DNA of 64,000 bases, from assembly GCA_038087875.1 (NCBI GenBank), contig CM075994.1, forward strand, positions 7,938,001 to 8,002,000. The letters are read 5' to 3'. Positions 1 through 11,689 of the stretch are shown here, piece by piece. The stretch comes from Malacoraja senta. Its lineage: Eukaryota. The position numbers were made by a program, and so were the translations under genes. The notes under the pieces are model-generated. The model saw nothing but the letters and a program-made list of their open reading frames with translations. It was not told where the DNA came from and did no database searches. Numbering within the stretch: position 1 is the first letter of the stretch; each line of letters starts with the position of its first letter.

Positions 1-132
1 GTTGGTGAGACCTTCCATTCCAGGAACACACACAACAAGCTGGAGTAACTCGGCGGGTCAGGCAGCATGTCTGGAGAGAAGGAATAGCGTGAAGGAAGGT
101 CTCCGCCCAGAAACGTCACCTATTCCCCCTCC

Positions 133-330
133 ATCGACTCTTTTAAGTCAAGACTAAAGACTTATCTATACTCCCAAGCCTTTCCTGACGTCCTCTGAGT
201 GAGGGCTACATGTATATATGTATGTAGTTTGTTTTGTTTGTGCTATTCTTATAACAAATGTAAAGCACTTTGGCCAACGAGAGTTGTTTTTTAAATGTGC
301 CATATAAATAAATGTGACTTGACTTGACTT
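133..330 (+). mobile_element. L2-like LINE 3' tail
   Basis: tttaagtcaagactaaagac...tgtaaagcactttgg...ataaataaa(tgact)n. Confidence 0.55.
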
Positions 331-467
331 CTTTTTCTTCGGAGACTCTGCCTGATCGGCCGAGTTGCTCCAGCTTCACCTCTACCCCCCCATACCTGAC
401 GCCTGACCTGATAACAATTCATTCTACAGTGATCAGTGCATTTCATTGCTCCGTGTTAATCTCAAAC

Positions 468-559
468 CTTCTTTGATGGTCAGGACATTTTCATCTCCGA
501 TGCAGACCGCAATGATTTCCCGATCGGACGACAACTGCCCCTCCAGCCCTTTGGGGAGT
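468..559 (-). CDS. Same gene, coding exon 8 (I-LPKGLEGQLSSDREIIAVCIGDENVLTIKE); gene probably continues left of the window
   Basis: Acceptor cttgtgttttccag|, phase 2 in; candidate donor AAG|gtttga at 467; alternatively reads on to TGA at 433-435 as a last exon. Confidence 0.65.
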
Positions 560-919
560 CTGGAAAACACAAGCAGGAAAACAATAGACAATAGACAATA
601 GGTGCAGGAGTCAGCACCACCATTCAATGTGATCATGGCTGATCATCCCCAATCAGTACCCCGTTCCCGCCTTCTCCCCATATCCCCTTTAAGAGCACCA
701 TCTAACTCTCTCTTGAAAGCATCCAGAGAATCGGCCTCCACTGCCTTCTGAGGCAGAGAATTCCAGACACAATGACGTCTATTTTTCTCCACATTGTAGG
801 TTTAGTGTTTAGTATATTTTAGAGATAGAGCGCAGAAACAGGCCCTTCGGCCTACCGAGTCCGTGCCGACCAGCGATCAATCCCCGCACACTAACACACA
901 CTATGGACACCGGGGGTGT

Positions 920-2345
920 CCATGCCCAGACCCTAACGATGTACCAGACCCTAACGACCCTAATCAGCTCCAGACCCAGACTCCAACGTCCATCAGACCC
1001 TATCCCCGATACTCTAATGACCCCAAGAATCTAACTACCCCAAGAGTCCACGACCCCAACAAACACCAAGAGACTCGAACGATCCCGGGACCCCAACAAC
1101 CCCAATGCTCTTAATGATCCTAATAATCGCAAGAATCTAACTACCCTGAGACTCCAAGAGCCCAAGACTAACGACCCCTAAGAGACTCTAATGACCCCCA
1201 GATCCTAACGACCCCTGACCCTAATGACCCAGAGACGCTAACGACCCTAGACCCTAACGACCCAGAGACCCTAATAACCCCCAGACCCTAACGACCCCGG
1301 CACTAACGACACTAGACCCTAACGACCCACAGACCCTAGACCCTAACGACCCCCAGACACCAATGACCCAGACCCTAACGACCCCCAGACCCTAAAGACC
1401 CCGGCACCAACGAACCCGGCACTAACGAACCCGGCACTAACGACCCTAGACCCCAGACACTCTAACGACCCCAGACCCTAACGACCCCCAGACCCTAATG
1501 ACCCCAGACCCTAAAGAACCCGGCACTAACGAACCCGGCACTAACGAACCCGGCACTAACGAACCCGGCACGAGCGACCCTAGACCCCAGTGACCCAGAG
1601 ACCCTAACGACCCCAGACCCTAACAACCCCAGACCCTATCGACCTGACTCTTTACGACCCCAGACCCTAACGACCCAGAGACACTAATGACCCCCAGACC
1701 CTAACGACCCAGAGACCCTAACGACCCCAGACCCTAACGACCCCAGACCCTAACGACCCCAGACCCTAACGACCCCAGACCCTAACGACCCCAGACCCTA
1801 ACGACCCCCAGACCCTAACGACCCCCAGACCCTAACGACCCCAGACCCAAGCGACCCAGAGACCCTAACAACCCCAGACCAAAACGACTGAGACCCTAGC
1901 GAACCCAGAGACCCCAGACCCTAACAACCCAGAGACCCTAATGACCCCAGACCCTAACGACCGAGACCCTAGCGAACCCAGAGACCCCAGACCCTAGCAA
2001 CCCAGAGACCCTAACGACCGAGACTCTAGCGAACCCACGACTCTAAAGACCCCAAGCCCGACAGCACAACCATGACCCAAAGGCTCTGTGACCTTGACCC
2101 CCAAGACTCCACGACATTGACACCAGGCTCCGTGACCTTGACCCCAGGCACCATTACCTTGATCCCAGGCACCGTGACCTTGACCCCAGGCTCCGTGACC
2201 TTGACCCCGGGCACCGTGTCATTGACCCCGGGCACCGTGTCCTTGACCCCGGGCACCGTGTCCTTGACCCCAGGCACCGTGTCATTGACCCCAGGCACCG
2301 TGACCGTGACCCCCAAGACTCCACGACCCAGTACGACTCGCACAA
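920..2345. repeat. GACCC-rich minisatellite (16-19 bp gaccctaacgacccca units, then 21-bp gaccccaggcaccgtgacctt units)
   Basis: Visible tandem periodicity. Confidence 0.95.
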
Positions 2346-2430
2346 ACCCCCGTGAAAAAAGCAAAAGCCTGCAAAACAACAGACTGGTGCAAGAGAATTG
2401 GAGCGGATGCAGTGAGTCAGCGTTACTCAC

Positions 2431-2673
2431 ATCCTCGATGAGCTCATGGACTCCGTCTCTTTATGCTTTGGATCAGAGCCTCTGCTGCTCCACCCACAGG
2501 GCTCCAGCTTGCAGTTCCCGCCGCCCAGCTCCCATCCCTCCGGCGTGGCTCGTCGGGCCTCGTGGTTGATCAACGCCACCGGCCTGGGTCTCCTGTGCCT
2601 CGCGTTGCCCCCGTACTGGGAGTCCGTGCCACTGAAGAAGTCAGCCTCGGCCTCATCCCCAAAGCTGTCCATG
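2431..2673 (-). CDS. Same gene, coding exon 7 (S-MDSFGDEAEADFFSGTDSQYGGNARHRRPRP...KETESMSSSR-I)
   Basis: Acceptor ccttgccttccag|, donor AT|gtgagt; 243 nt, phase 2/2, open. Confidence 0.8.
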
Positions 2674-5597
2674 CTGGAAGGCAAGGTCACATGTTATCCC
2701 AGTAGAATTAGGCCATTCGGCCCATCAGGTCCACTCCTCCATTCAATCGTGGCTGATCTCTGCCTCCTAATCCCCTTCTCCTGCCTTCTCCCCGTAACCC
2801 TTAACACGATACGATACGATCGAACTTTATTGATCCCAGGAGGGAAATTGATCGGCCAACAGTCATAAAAACACAAAATACATGAAACATGAAATTAAAG
2901 TGACAAGTGGAAAAGAATGGGGATGTGCAAAGATTGGGGACACCCGTTCTAATCAAGAATCTATCTATCTCTGCCTTAAAAATATCCACTGACTTGGCCA
3001 CCTCTATGGCAATGAGTTCCACAGAATCACCACCCTCTGACTAAAGAAATTCCTCCTCAAGAGAGCATTGCATTCAGGAACAGAGGCTCCAACGGACTAT
3101 CCTTGATCGGACTTTGCTGGCTTTACCATGCACTAAATGTTATTCCCTTATCATGTATCCGTACACTGTAAACGGCTTGATTGTAATCATGTATAGTCTT
3201 TCTACTGACTGGTTAGCATGCAACAAAAGCTTTTCACTGCGCCTCGGTACACGTGACAATAAACTAAACTGAACATATGTGCAAACAAGAAACTGCAGAT
3301 GCTGGAATCTAGCATAGCGGGTAGAGTCGCTGCCTCCCAGTGCCAGAGACCTGGGTTCCATTCTGACTACGGGTGCTGTCTGTGCGGAGTTTGTACGTTC
3401 TCCCCATCACCTGCATGGGTTCTCCCCGGGTGCTCCGGTTTCCTCCCCCACTCCTAAGATGCACAGGTTTGTAGGCAACTGGCTTCGGTAAAGATTGTAA
3501 ATTGTCTGTAGTATGTACGATAGCGTGCGGGGATCGCTGGTCAGCGCGGACTCGGTGGGCCGAAGGGCCTATTTCTCCAAACACGCTGCATCTCGAAACT
3601 AAACAAAATGCTGGAGTAACTCGGCGGGTCAGGCAGCATCTCTGAAAGACAGGGATGGGGGACGTTTCGGATTGAGACCCTTCTACACCAAACTTGTTAA
3701 TATATTCGTAGGGTCTCGACCTGAAACGATACCCATTCCTTCTCTCCAGAGATGCTGCCTGCCCCGCTGAGTTACTCCAGCATTTTGTGTCTATCTTCAA
3801 TATATTGGTTTGCCTACTCTGCTTCCCGTTATAAATTCTCCTGCTTCTGAATTCCTTATACATCTTCCCTCACCTTTTCCTTGCGACATAATTCAGATGT
3901 TTCAGAGTCGGCGTACTCATTCCTTGCAAGGCTAATCTTGTATTCCATATTTAATAATAATAATAATAATACATTTTATTTATGGGCGCCTTTCAAGAGT
4001 CTCAAGCACACCTTACAAAATTTAACAAATAGTGTAGAAACATGTAAGCGGAATGAAATAAATAGTAAAGACATCACCAGTACACAAATTAAAGACAGAA
4101 TTCAACCCGAAAACAAAAAATCAAAAACACAATATGGAAGAGAGAGCAGCGGCTGCTAAAACGCGCCAGCGTCCACTCTCCCCTCCGGCAGCCATCTTGG
4201 ACACAGAAAAAAATATAATTTACATACAAAAATCATCCCCCCACAATGATTACCACTGTGGGGGAAGGCACAATGTCCAGTCCCCATCCCCAGTTCTCCC
4301 AAAGTCAGGCCTTTTGAGGCCTCCACAGTTGCCTCTACGGAGGCCCGATGTTCCTGGCCGTTCTCGCCGGGTGCAGTTGCCCCGACGTCGGGAGTCCTCA
4401 CAGCGGCTGGGACGGCCAATTCCCTACCGGAGTCCGTTCCACTTACTCTCTTAATCAATCTCTTGAATCATAGAACATGGAACAGTACATCAAAGGAACA
4501 GGCTGTGCCACCACAATGTCCGTGCCCGACATGAAGCCAAGACTAACTGATCTCCTCTGCCTGCACGTGATCCTCCATTCCTTGCATATCCATGTGCCTA
4601 TCTAAAAGCCTCTTAAACCCCACTATCCCATCTGCCTCCACCACCAACCCCTGGCAGCGCGTTCCAGGTCCCCACTAACCTTTGTGTGAAAGTAAGCTCT
4701 CCCGTGTTACTCAGCTGGACACAAAAATGCCGGAGTAACTCAGCGGGTCAGGTAGCATATCTGGAGAACGTTGATAGACGTTCTCAGACTCAAAGCTTTT
4801 ATATCAGTGTAAGTAAGTGGGGTGGCACGGTGGCGCAGCGGTAGAGTTGCTGCCTCACAGCGCCGGAGACCCGGGTTCCATCCCGACTACGGGTGCTGTC
4901 TGCACGGATTCTGGGCGTTCTCTCCGTGGGTTTTCCCTGAGATTTTTGGTTTCCTCCCACGCTCCAATGACGCACCAAGTTTGTAGGCTAATTGGCTTGG
5001 TAAAAATGTGAAAATGTCACCAGTGTGCGTCGGGTAGTGTTAATGTGCGGGGATCGCTGGTCGCTGCCTGGTCGACTTGATGGGCCCGTTTCCGCACTGT
5101 ATCTCTAAACTAATTAAAGCAAACTAAAACTTGCCCTGCACATTTTTAAACTTAACACATCTTCTTTATACTTTGCTCCTTTCCCCTTAGAGCTATGCCC
5201 ACTAGTCTTTGATATTTCCATCCTGCGAATGCTGTACGACTCCACTAATCACCTCCAGTAGGCACCTGGAGAAAACCCACGCAGGTCACGGGGAGAACAT
5301 ACAAACTCCGTACAGACAGCACCCGTAGTTGGGATCGAACTCGGGTCTCCGACGCTGTGAGGCAGCAACTTTAGTTTAGTTTAGAGATACAGCGTGAAAA
5401 CAGGCCCTTCAGCCCACCGGGTCCGTGCCGACCAGCGATCCCCACACACTAAAGGGCCTGTCGCACTTTCCCGAGTTACTCACGAATTCTCCCGAGTTTT
5501 CCCCTCGACTCAAACTCGGAGATGCCAGCCGTAGGTACTCGGGGCTATTATTTATACTCGTGGACATTTTTCAACATGCTGAAAAAACGTCCCGAAT

Positions 5598-6559
5598 GTC
5601 CTCATTCCTCAGGGTTCCCCTCCTCCACCATAGATGAGGCTCGCACCAGGAACTCTGCCATACCCCGCAACACTGCTCTCCCTCCCCATCCCCCCACTCA
5701 CAACAAGGGCAGAGTCCCCCTAGTCCTCACCTTTCACCCCACCAGCCGTCACATACAACAAGTGATCCTCCGTCAGTTTCGCCACCTCCAACGTGACCCC
5801 ACCACTCGCCACATCTTCCCATCTCCCCCCATGTCTGCCTTCCGCAAAGACCGCTCCCTCCGTAACTCCCTTGTCAATTCTTCCCTTCCCTTCCGTACCA
5901 CCCCCTCCCCGGGTACTGTCCCTTGCAACCGCAAGAGATGCAACACTTGTCCCTTCACCTCCCCCCTCGACTCCATTCAAGGACCCTAGCAGTCGTTCCA
6001 GGTGCGACAGAGGTTCACCTGCATCTCCTCCAACCTCATCTATTGCATCCGCTGCTCTAGATGCCAGCTGATCTACATCAGTGAGACCAAGCGGAGGCTT
6101 GGCGATCGTTTCGCCGAACACCTCCGGTCGGTCCGCAATAACCTACCTGACCACCCGGTGGCTCAGCACTTCAACTCCCCCTCCCATTCCGTATCTGACC
6201 TCTCTGTCCTGGGTCTCCTCCATGGCCAACACCGGAAATTGGAGGAAATGCACCTCATATTCCGCTTGGGCAGTCTACATCCTGGGGGCATGAACATTGA
6301 ATTCTCTAGATTTTGCTAGCCCTTGCTGTCCCCTCCCCTTCATCAGCCCTCTGGTTGTCTCCTCCCATCCCTCAGCCCTCGGGCTCCTCCTCCGCCTTTT
6401 TTCCTTTCTTCTCCCCACCCCCTATCAGTCTGAAGAAGGGTTTCGGCCCGAAACGTTGCCTATTTCCTTCGCTCCATAGATGCTGCTGCACCCGCTGAGT
6501 TTCTCCAGCATTTGTGTGTACCTTCGATTATCCAGCATCTGCAGTTCCTTCTTTAACAC
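5598..6559 (+). mobile_element. Penelope-like 3' fragment (GIY-YIG) nested in a MITE
   Basis: Same GIY-YIG peptide; ~11-bp duplication acg(t/c)cccgaat at 5587-5597 and 6560-6570. Confidence 0.9.
6428..6459 (+). ncRNA. Minimal type I hammerhead-ribozyme-like motif in a Penelope 3' end
   Basis: gt-CTGAAGA-a-GGGTTTCGGCCC-GAAAC-GTT-gc. Confidence 0.6.
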
Positions 6560-7083
6560 ACGCCCCGAATTACCTGATGCCCCGAGTACCTACGGCTGGC
6601 ATTACGAGCCGCTACAAAATATCTATGGCCTCCTACGGACATTCCCCGAGTTTGAATCAAGGGGAGAACCTGGTAGAATTCGTGAGTAACTCGGGAAAGG
6701 GGCTTAACACTACCCTACACACACTAGTCTAGGGACAATTTTTACATTTACCGAGCCAATTTACCTACAAACCTGGACGTCTTTGGAGTGTGGGAAGAAA
6801 TCAAAGATCTCGGAGAAAACACACGCGTGTCACAGGGAAAACGTGCAAACTCCGTACAGACAGCACCAGTAGTCAGGATCGAACCCGGGTCTCCGGCTCT
6901 GCGTTCGCTGTAAGGCAGCAACTCTACCGCTGCACCACCCTCGAAATGAATGCGAACATTGCATTTGCCTTCCTCACTGCCGAATCAACCTGCTGCCCGA
7001 CCCGCTGAGTTCCTCTTCCCTGTTGCGTTTTGACCAACAGACAGACAGACGCCGGGGGGTCAGACCCGCGAGAAGCTCAGTAC

Positions 7084-7165
7084 CTGCTGGGGTGAGAGAG
7101 GGTGACGGTTGATTCGGATCCTGCTGACAGTGACAGAGACGTGTAGCTGTCCAAGTCGTCTTGGT
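7084..7165 (-). CDS. Same gene, coding exon 6 (D-QDDLDSYTSLSLSAGSESTVTLSHPS-S)
   Basis: Long polypyrimidine acceptor ctctcccttctccccag|, donor CAG|gtactg; 82 nt, phase 1 in / 2 out. Confidence 0.75.
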
Positions 7166-9149
7166 CTGGGGAGAAGGGAGAGCAGAGAAAAAAAACCACG
7201 TGAAAACCATCACCGCCTCAAGGGTTGTGTCAAGGGTCAAACAAGACAATTTCAGCTACAGTGCAAAAACGGAGTCATCAGATGAATTAGCAGCACTGCA
7301 TTAGAAACATGGAAAATAGGTGCAGGAGTTGCCCATTCGGCCCTTCGAGCCAACACTGCCATTCAATATGATCATGGCTGATCATCCACAATCAGTACCC
7401 CGTTCTTGCTTTCTCCCCATATCCCTTGATTCCGTTAGCCCTAAGAGCTAAATCTAACTCTCTCTTGAAAACATCCAGTCAATTGGACTCCGCTGCCTTC
7501 TGTGGCAGAGAATTCCACAGATTCACAACTCTCTGTGTGAAAACGTTTTTTTCCTCATCTCAGTCCTAAATGGCCGACCCCTTATTCTTAAACTGTGGCC
7601 CCTGGTTCTGGACTCCCCCCCAACATGGGGAACATGTTTCCTGCATCTAGCCTGGCCAATCCCTGAAGAATTCTGTACGTTTCTATAAGACCCCCTCTCA
7701 TACTTCCAAATTCCAGTGAATTTGTCGTCTTGGAGCCTAGGAAGCCGACGGGCAGAAAATGGATCCCTGGTGAGTTTGGAGTTTAGTTTGGTTTAGAATC
7801 ATGCTGCGTGCTCTGCCGTATGCTCGGGGTTTGCGAGTGCGTACAGGGATACGTGAGTGTATGTGCCTTGTCTAGCAGTGCAATAATCAAACTCTGTTGT
7901 CTGAATCCAGCGGTTTATCGAACACAACATCAAGACTTGCTGGCACTGAAACGCTCCTGAAGCATCGTCACACTCAAGGTCGGAAGAAGGGCCTCGACCC
8001 AAAACGTCGCCTAATCCTTCTCTTCAGAGATGCTGCCCGAGTCTGTGGTGAATCTGTGGAATTCACTGCCACAGACAGCTGTGGAGGCCAAGTCAGTGGG
8101 TATTTTTTAAGACAGAGATAGATCAGTACAGGTGTCAGGGGTTATGGGGAGAAGGCAGGAGAATGGGGTTGAGAGGGAGAGATAGATCAGCCATGGTTGA
8201 ATGGCGGAGTGGACTTGATGGGCAGAATGGCCCAATTCTGCTCCTATCACTTATGAACGGGGGCAGGTTGGGCTGGTGCAGAAGGGGCATGTTGGTCAAA
8301 CCCGCTGCGTTACTCCAGCTTTTACTGCATATCATCGACTTTTTTATACTACACTTATCTACATTCCCTTTCTTATGTCAACCAGGGCTCTCCCGCCTGG
8401 CGCCGTGACTCGCGGATGGCCAGTGAATACACAAGGTAAAGGAGTTCACATTTTCCATGCTGTGTTGCTACTAAAGATGGGAGTCGCTCCATTTTACCTT
8501 ATAAGTAGCTTAAAGGGGATGAGGAGGATTTTTTTTCGTCAGAGGGTGGTGAATCTGTGGAATTCATTGCCACAGACGGCTGTGGAAGCCAAGTCAGTGG
8601 ATATTTTTAAGGCAGAGATTGGTAGGTTCTTGATTAGTACGGGCGTCAGGGGTTATGGGGAGAAGGAAGGAGAATGGGGTTAGGAGGGAGAGATAGATCA
8701 GCCGTGATTGAATGGTGGAGTTGACTTGATGGGCCGAATGGCCTAATTCTGCTGCTATCACTCATGGATTTATGAACGGGGCCAGGTGCCACTGGCGCAG
8801 GCGGGGCATGTTGGTCAAACCCGCTGGGTTTTGTGTGCTGGAGAGAACAAATGGGCGACGTTTCAGGTCGAGGTTGTAGTGTTTTAATAGCCTGATGGCC
8901 ATAGGGAAGTAGCTGTTCCTGAAACTGGACATTACAGTTTTCAGGCTCCTGTAACATACTTCCCGATGGCAGGGAGTGGGATGAGAGAGTGGCCAGGATG
9001 GTGTGTGTCTCTGATGATGTTGGCTGCCTTTTTGAGGCAGCGACTCCTGTAGATCCCTTCGATGGTGGGGAGGCCAGAGCCCGTGATGGACTGGGCAGTG
9101 TCCACAACTTTGGGCAGACTTCTTTGCTCCCCCGGGCGTTCGAGTTGCC

Positions 9150-9850
9150 AAGATAAGACACAAAAAGCTGGAGTAACTCAGCGGGACAGGCAGCATCTCT
9201 GAAGAGAAGGAGGGAAGCAAAAAGAGTGACTTTTCGGGTTCAGACCCTCCTTCAGACTGATGTCAGCGGACAGGGAGATAATAGATAAGGAAGTGTCAGG
9301 TGTGAAAATAGGACAAAGGGAATGGAGATCAAGGAACATGTAGAATAGATCATTGTTAGCTGGGAGAAAGTAACAACAAAACAAACAGAGATGAAATGTA
9401 GAACTGGGAAGGGGGAGGGGATGGAGAGAGAGAGGGAAAGCAAGGGCTACTTGAAGTTAGAGAGGTCAATGTTCATACTGCTGGGGTGTAAGCTGCCCAA
9501 GCAAAATATGAGGTGCTGTTCCTCCAATTAGCGCTGGGCCTCACTCTGACAGTGGAGGAGGCCCAGGACAGAAAGGTCAGTGTGGGAATGGGAGGGGGAG
9601 TTAAAGTGTTTGGCAACCGGGAGATCAGGTAGGTTTAGGCGGACTGAGCGGAGGTGTTCAGCGGAACGATCGCCGAGCCTGCGCTTGGTCTCGCCGATGG
9701 CAGAGTCCACACCTGGAACAGCGGATACAGTAGATGAGGTTGGAGGAGGTGCAAGTGAACCTCTGCCTCACCTGGAACGACTGTTGTGGTTCTTGGACGG
9801 AGTCGAGGGGAGAGGTGTAGGGACAGGTGTTGCATCTCCTGCGGTTGCAG
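9150..9850 (-). mobile_element. Penelope-like 3' fragment
   Basis: CNRRRCNTC, RFTCTSSNLIYCIRCSRC, GETKRRLGDR. Confidence 0.85.
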
Positions 9851-10257
9851 GATGTTTCCACTGGTGGGAGAGTCGAGGACCAGAGGTCACAGCCCCAGAA
9901 ATAAAGGGCGCTCTTTTAGAAAGGCGAGGAGGAACTTCTTTAGTCCGAGGGAAGTGAATCTGTGGAACTCATTGCCACAGAGGACTGGAGGCCAAGTCAG
10001 TGGATATTTTTAAGGCAGAGATAGACAAATTCTTGATTAGAACACACGTCAAGGGTTCTGGGGAGAAGGCAGGAGAATGAGATTAGGAGGGAGAGATCAG
10101 CCATGATTGAATGGCGGAGTGGACTTGATGGGCCGAATGGCCTAATTCTGCTCCTGGAAGTTGTGAACTTGTGAATTTGCATCCTCTGGTATCTCGTCTT
10201 TTGTTCCTCCCCGATACCGACTGACGTAAAATCTGTAACCCGTCAGGAATAACAAAC

Positions 10258-10355
10258 CTGGGACTGAATCGCAAATGAAATCAGTTCTCTCGTCCGCACC
10301 ATCTTCTAGGAAGGCACAACTTGGCCCAGGCAGATCCATTTGATTTTCTATAAAC
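10258..10355 (-). CDS. Same gene, coding exon 5 (V-FIENQMDLPGPSCAFLEDGADERTDFICDSVP-D)
   Basis: Acceptor ttcttgccttttctag|G, donor CAG|gtttgt; 98 nt, phase 2 in / 1 out. Confidence 0.75.
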
Positions 10356-10835
10356 CTAGAAAAGGCAAGAAATTCAGGTCAACGTTCAAACCTACGACAG
10401 GTAGTGAGGTCGCACAGTCACACAGCACGGACACAGGCCCTTCGGCCCAACTTGCCGGCACAGACCTTCAAGCCCCATCTACACTAGTCCCACCTGCCCG
10501 CGTTTGGCCCGTATGCCTCCAAACCTTGGAGTAACAATGTACAGATACAGGATAAATGGAGTGTGCGGGAAGGAACTGCAGATGCTGGTTTACACTGAAG
10601 ACGGACTCACAATGCTGGAGTAACTCAGCGGGACAGGAATCATCTCTGGAGAGAAGGAATGGGTGACGTTTCGGGTCGAGACCCTTTTTCAGACTGGTAA
10701 CGTTTTCACCTGAAACGTCACCCACTCCTTATCTCCAGAGATGCTTCCTGTCCCGCTGAGTTACTCCAGCATTTGCCAATCTTTTATTCCTTGTTCTTTA
10801 TCTCTCCACATCATCGTCTATATCATCCACATCAT

Positions 10836-11256
10836 AGGGTGCAAAAGTACTTTAAAAAAAAAAAAAAAATTGAGGTCAGGTAAGGGGGGATGATAGTTGA
10901 AGAGTTGGTATGTCCTATTTACGTAATACTCAAAAAAAAAAAAAAAAAAACTTTTTTTTTTCCTCTCTTTCTCTTTTTTTTCCTAGGGCCTATCTCTTAA
11001 CTCTTTTTTTTTTGTTTTTAATTTCGCTCTTATAGGGTCTTCGTCCTTTTTTGTTGTTACATTTTCTACACTTTTCTACACTTTCACTTTTTCCTTCACT
11101 TTCTTCTTTCTTTCAATCTTTTCCTTTTCCAGTGTAAAACAAAAAAAAATAAAGGGAGTACATTAATTGTAAGAAGATACAAATGACGAGTATTAATGTA
11201 TGTGGTTGTAATGTAATGTACTTCTAATAAATAAAAATTAAAAAAATATATATATA
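10836..11256 (+). mobile_element. Retroposed AT-rich 3' fragment (L1/Tx1-like) with TSD
   Basis: 17-bp direct repeat tatatcatccacatcat at 10819-10835 and 11257-11273; AATAAA and A-rich tail. Confidence 0.6.
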
Positions 11257-11689
11257 TATATCATCCACATCATCCCTTATCCCAGAACCAGTCTGAAGAA
11301 GGATCTCGACCCGAAACATCACCCATTCCTTCTCTCCAGAGATGCTGCCTGAGTTACTCCAGCGTTTAGTGTCCATCCTCGATTTAAACCAGCATCTGCA
11401 GTTCTTTCCTACACATTCCCTGTAAACCTTTCCCACCCGTTCAAAAGTCTTTTAAATATTGGAACAAGGTGCTGGAGGACACAAAGTGCTGGAGTAACTC
11501 AGTGGGTCAGACAGTGTCTCTGGAGAAAAAGGATGGGTGATGTTTCGGATGGAAAGTACTGACTCTGACAGTAGAGTGCAGGAGGGTAAAGGGTTGGAGA
11601 CGAGAAATGGCTTGGACCAGCCAGCCGCTACTTTCAGTCTGAAGAAGGGTCGTCAGATTCCAATCCGGGACTCTGGCACTGAGGCAAGT

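Larger units (their letters stand above)
5452..6704. mobile_element. Harbinger-like MITE (split by a Penelope), inserted in a SINE
   Basis: Left end gggcctgtcgcactttcccgagttactcacgaattct, complementary right end agaattcgtgagtaactcgggaaag; TAA-type flanks. Confidence 0.6.

Noticed and set aside
2072..2569. Mucin-like TLTPG repeat ORF
   Set aside because: Translation of a 21-bp minisatellite; overlaps exon 7 on the opposite strand
7720..7780. Plus-strand donor CTG|gtgagt
   Set aside because: No acceptor or partner exons found
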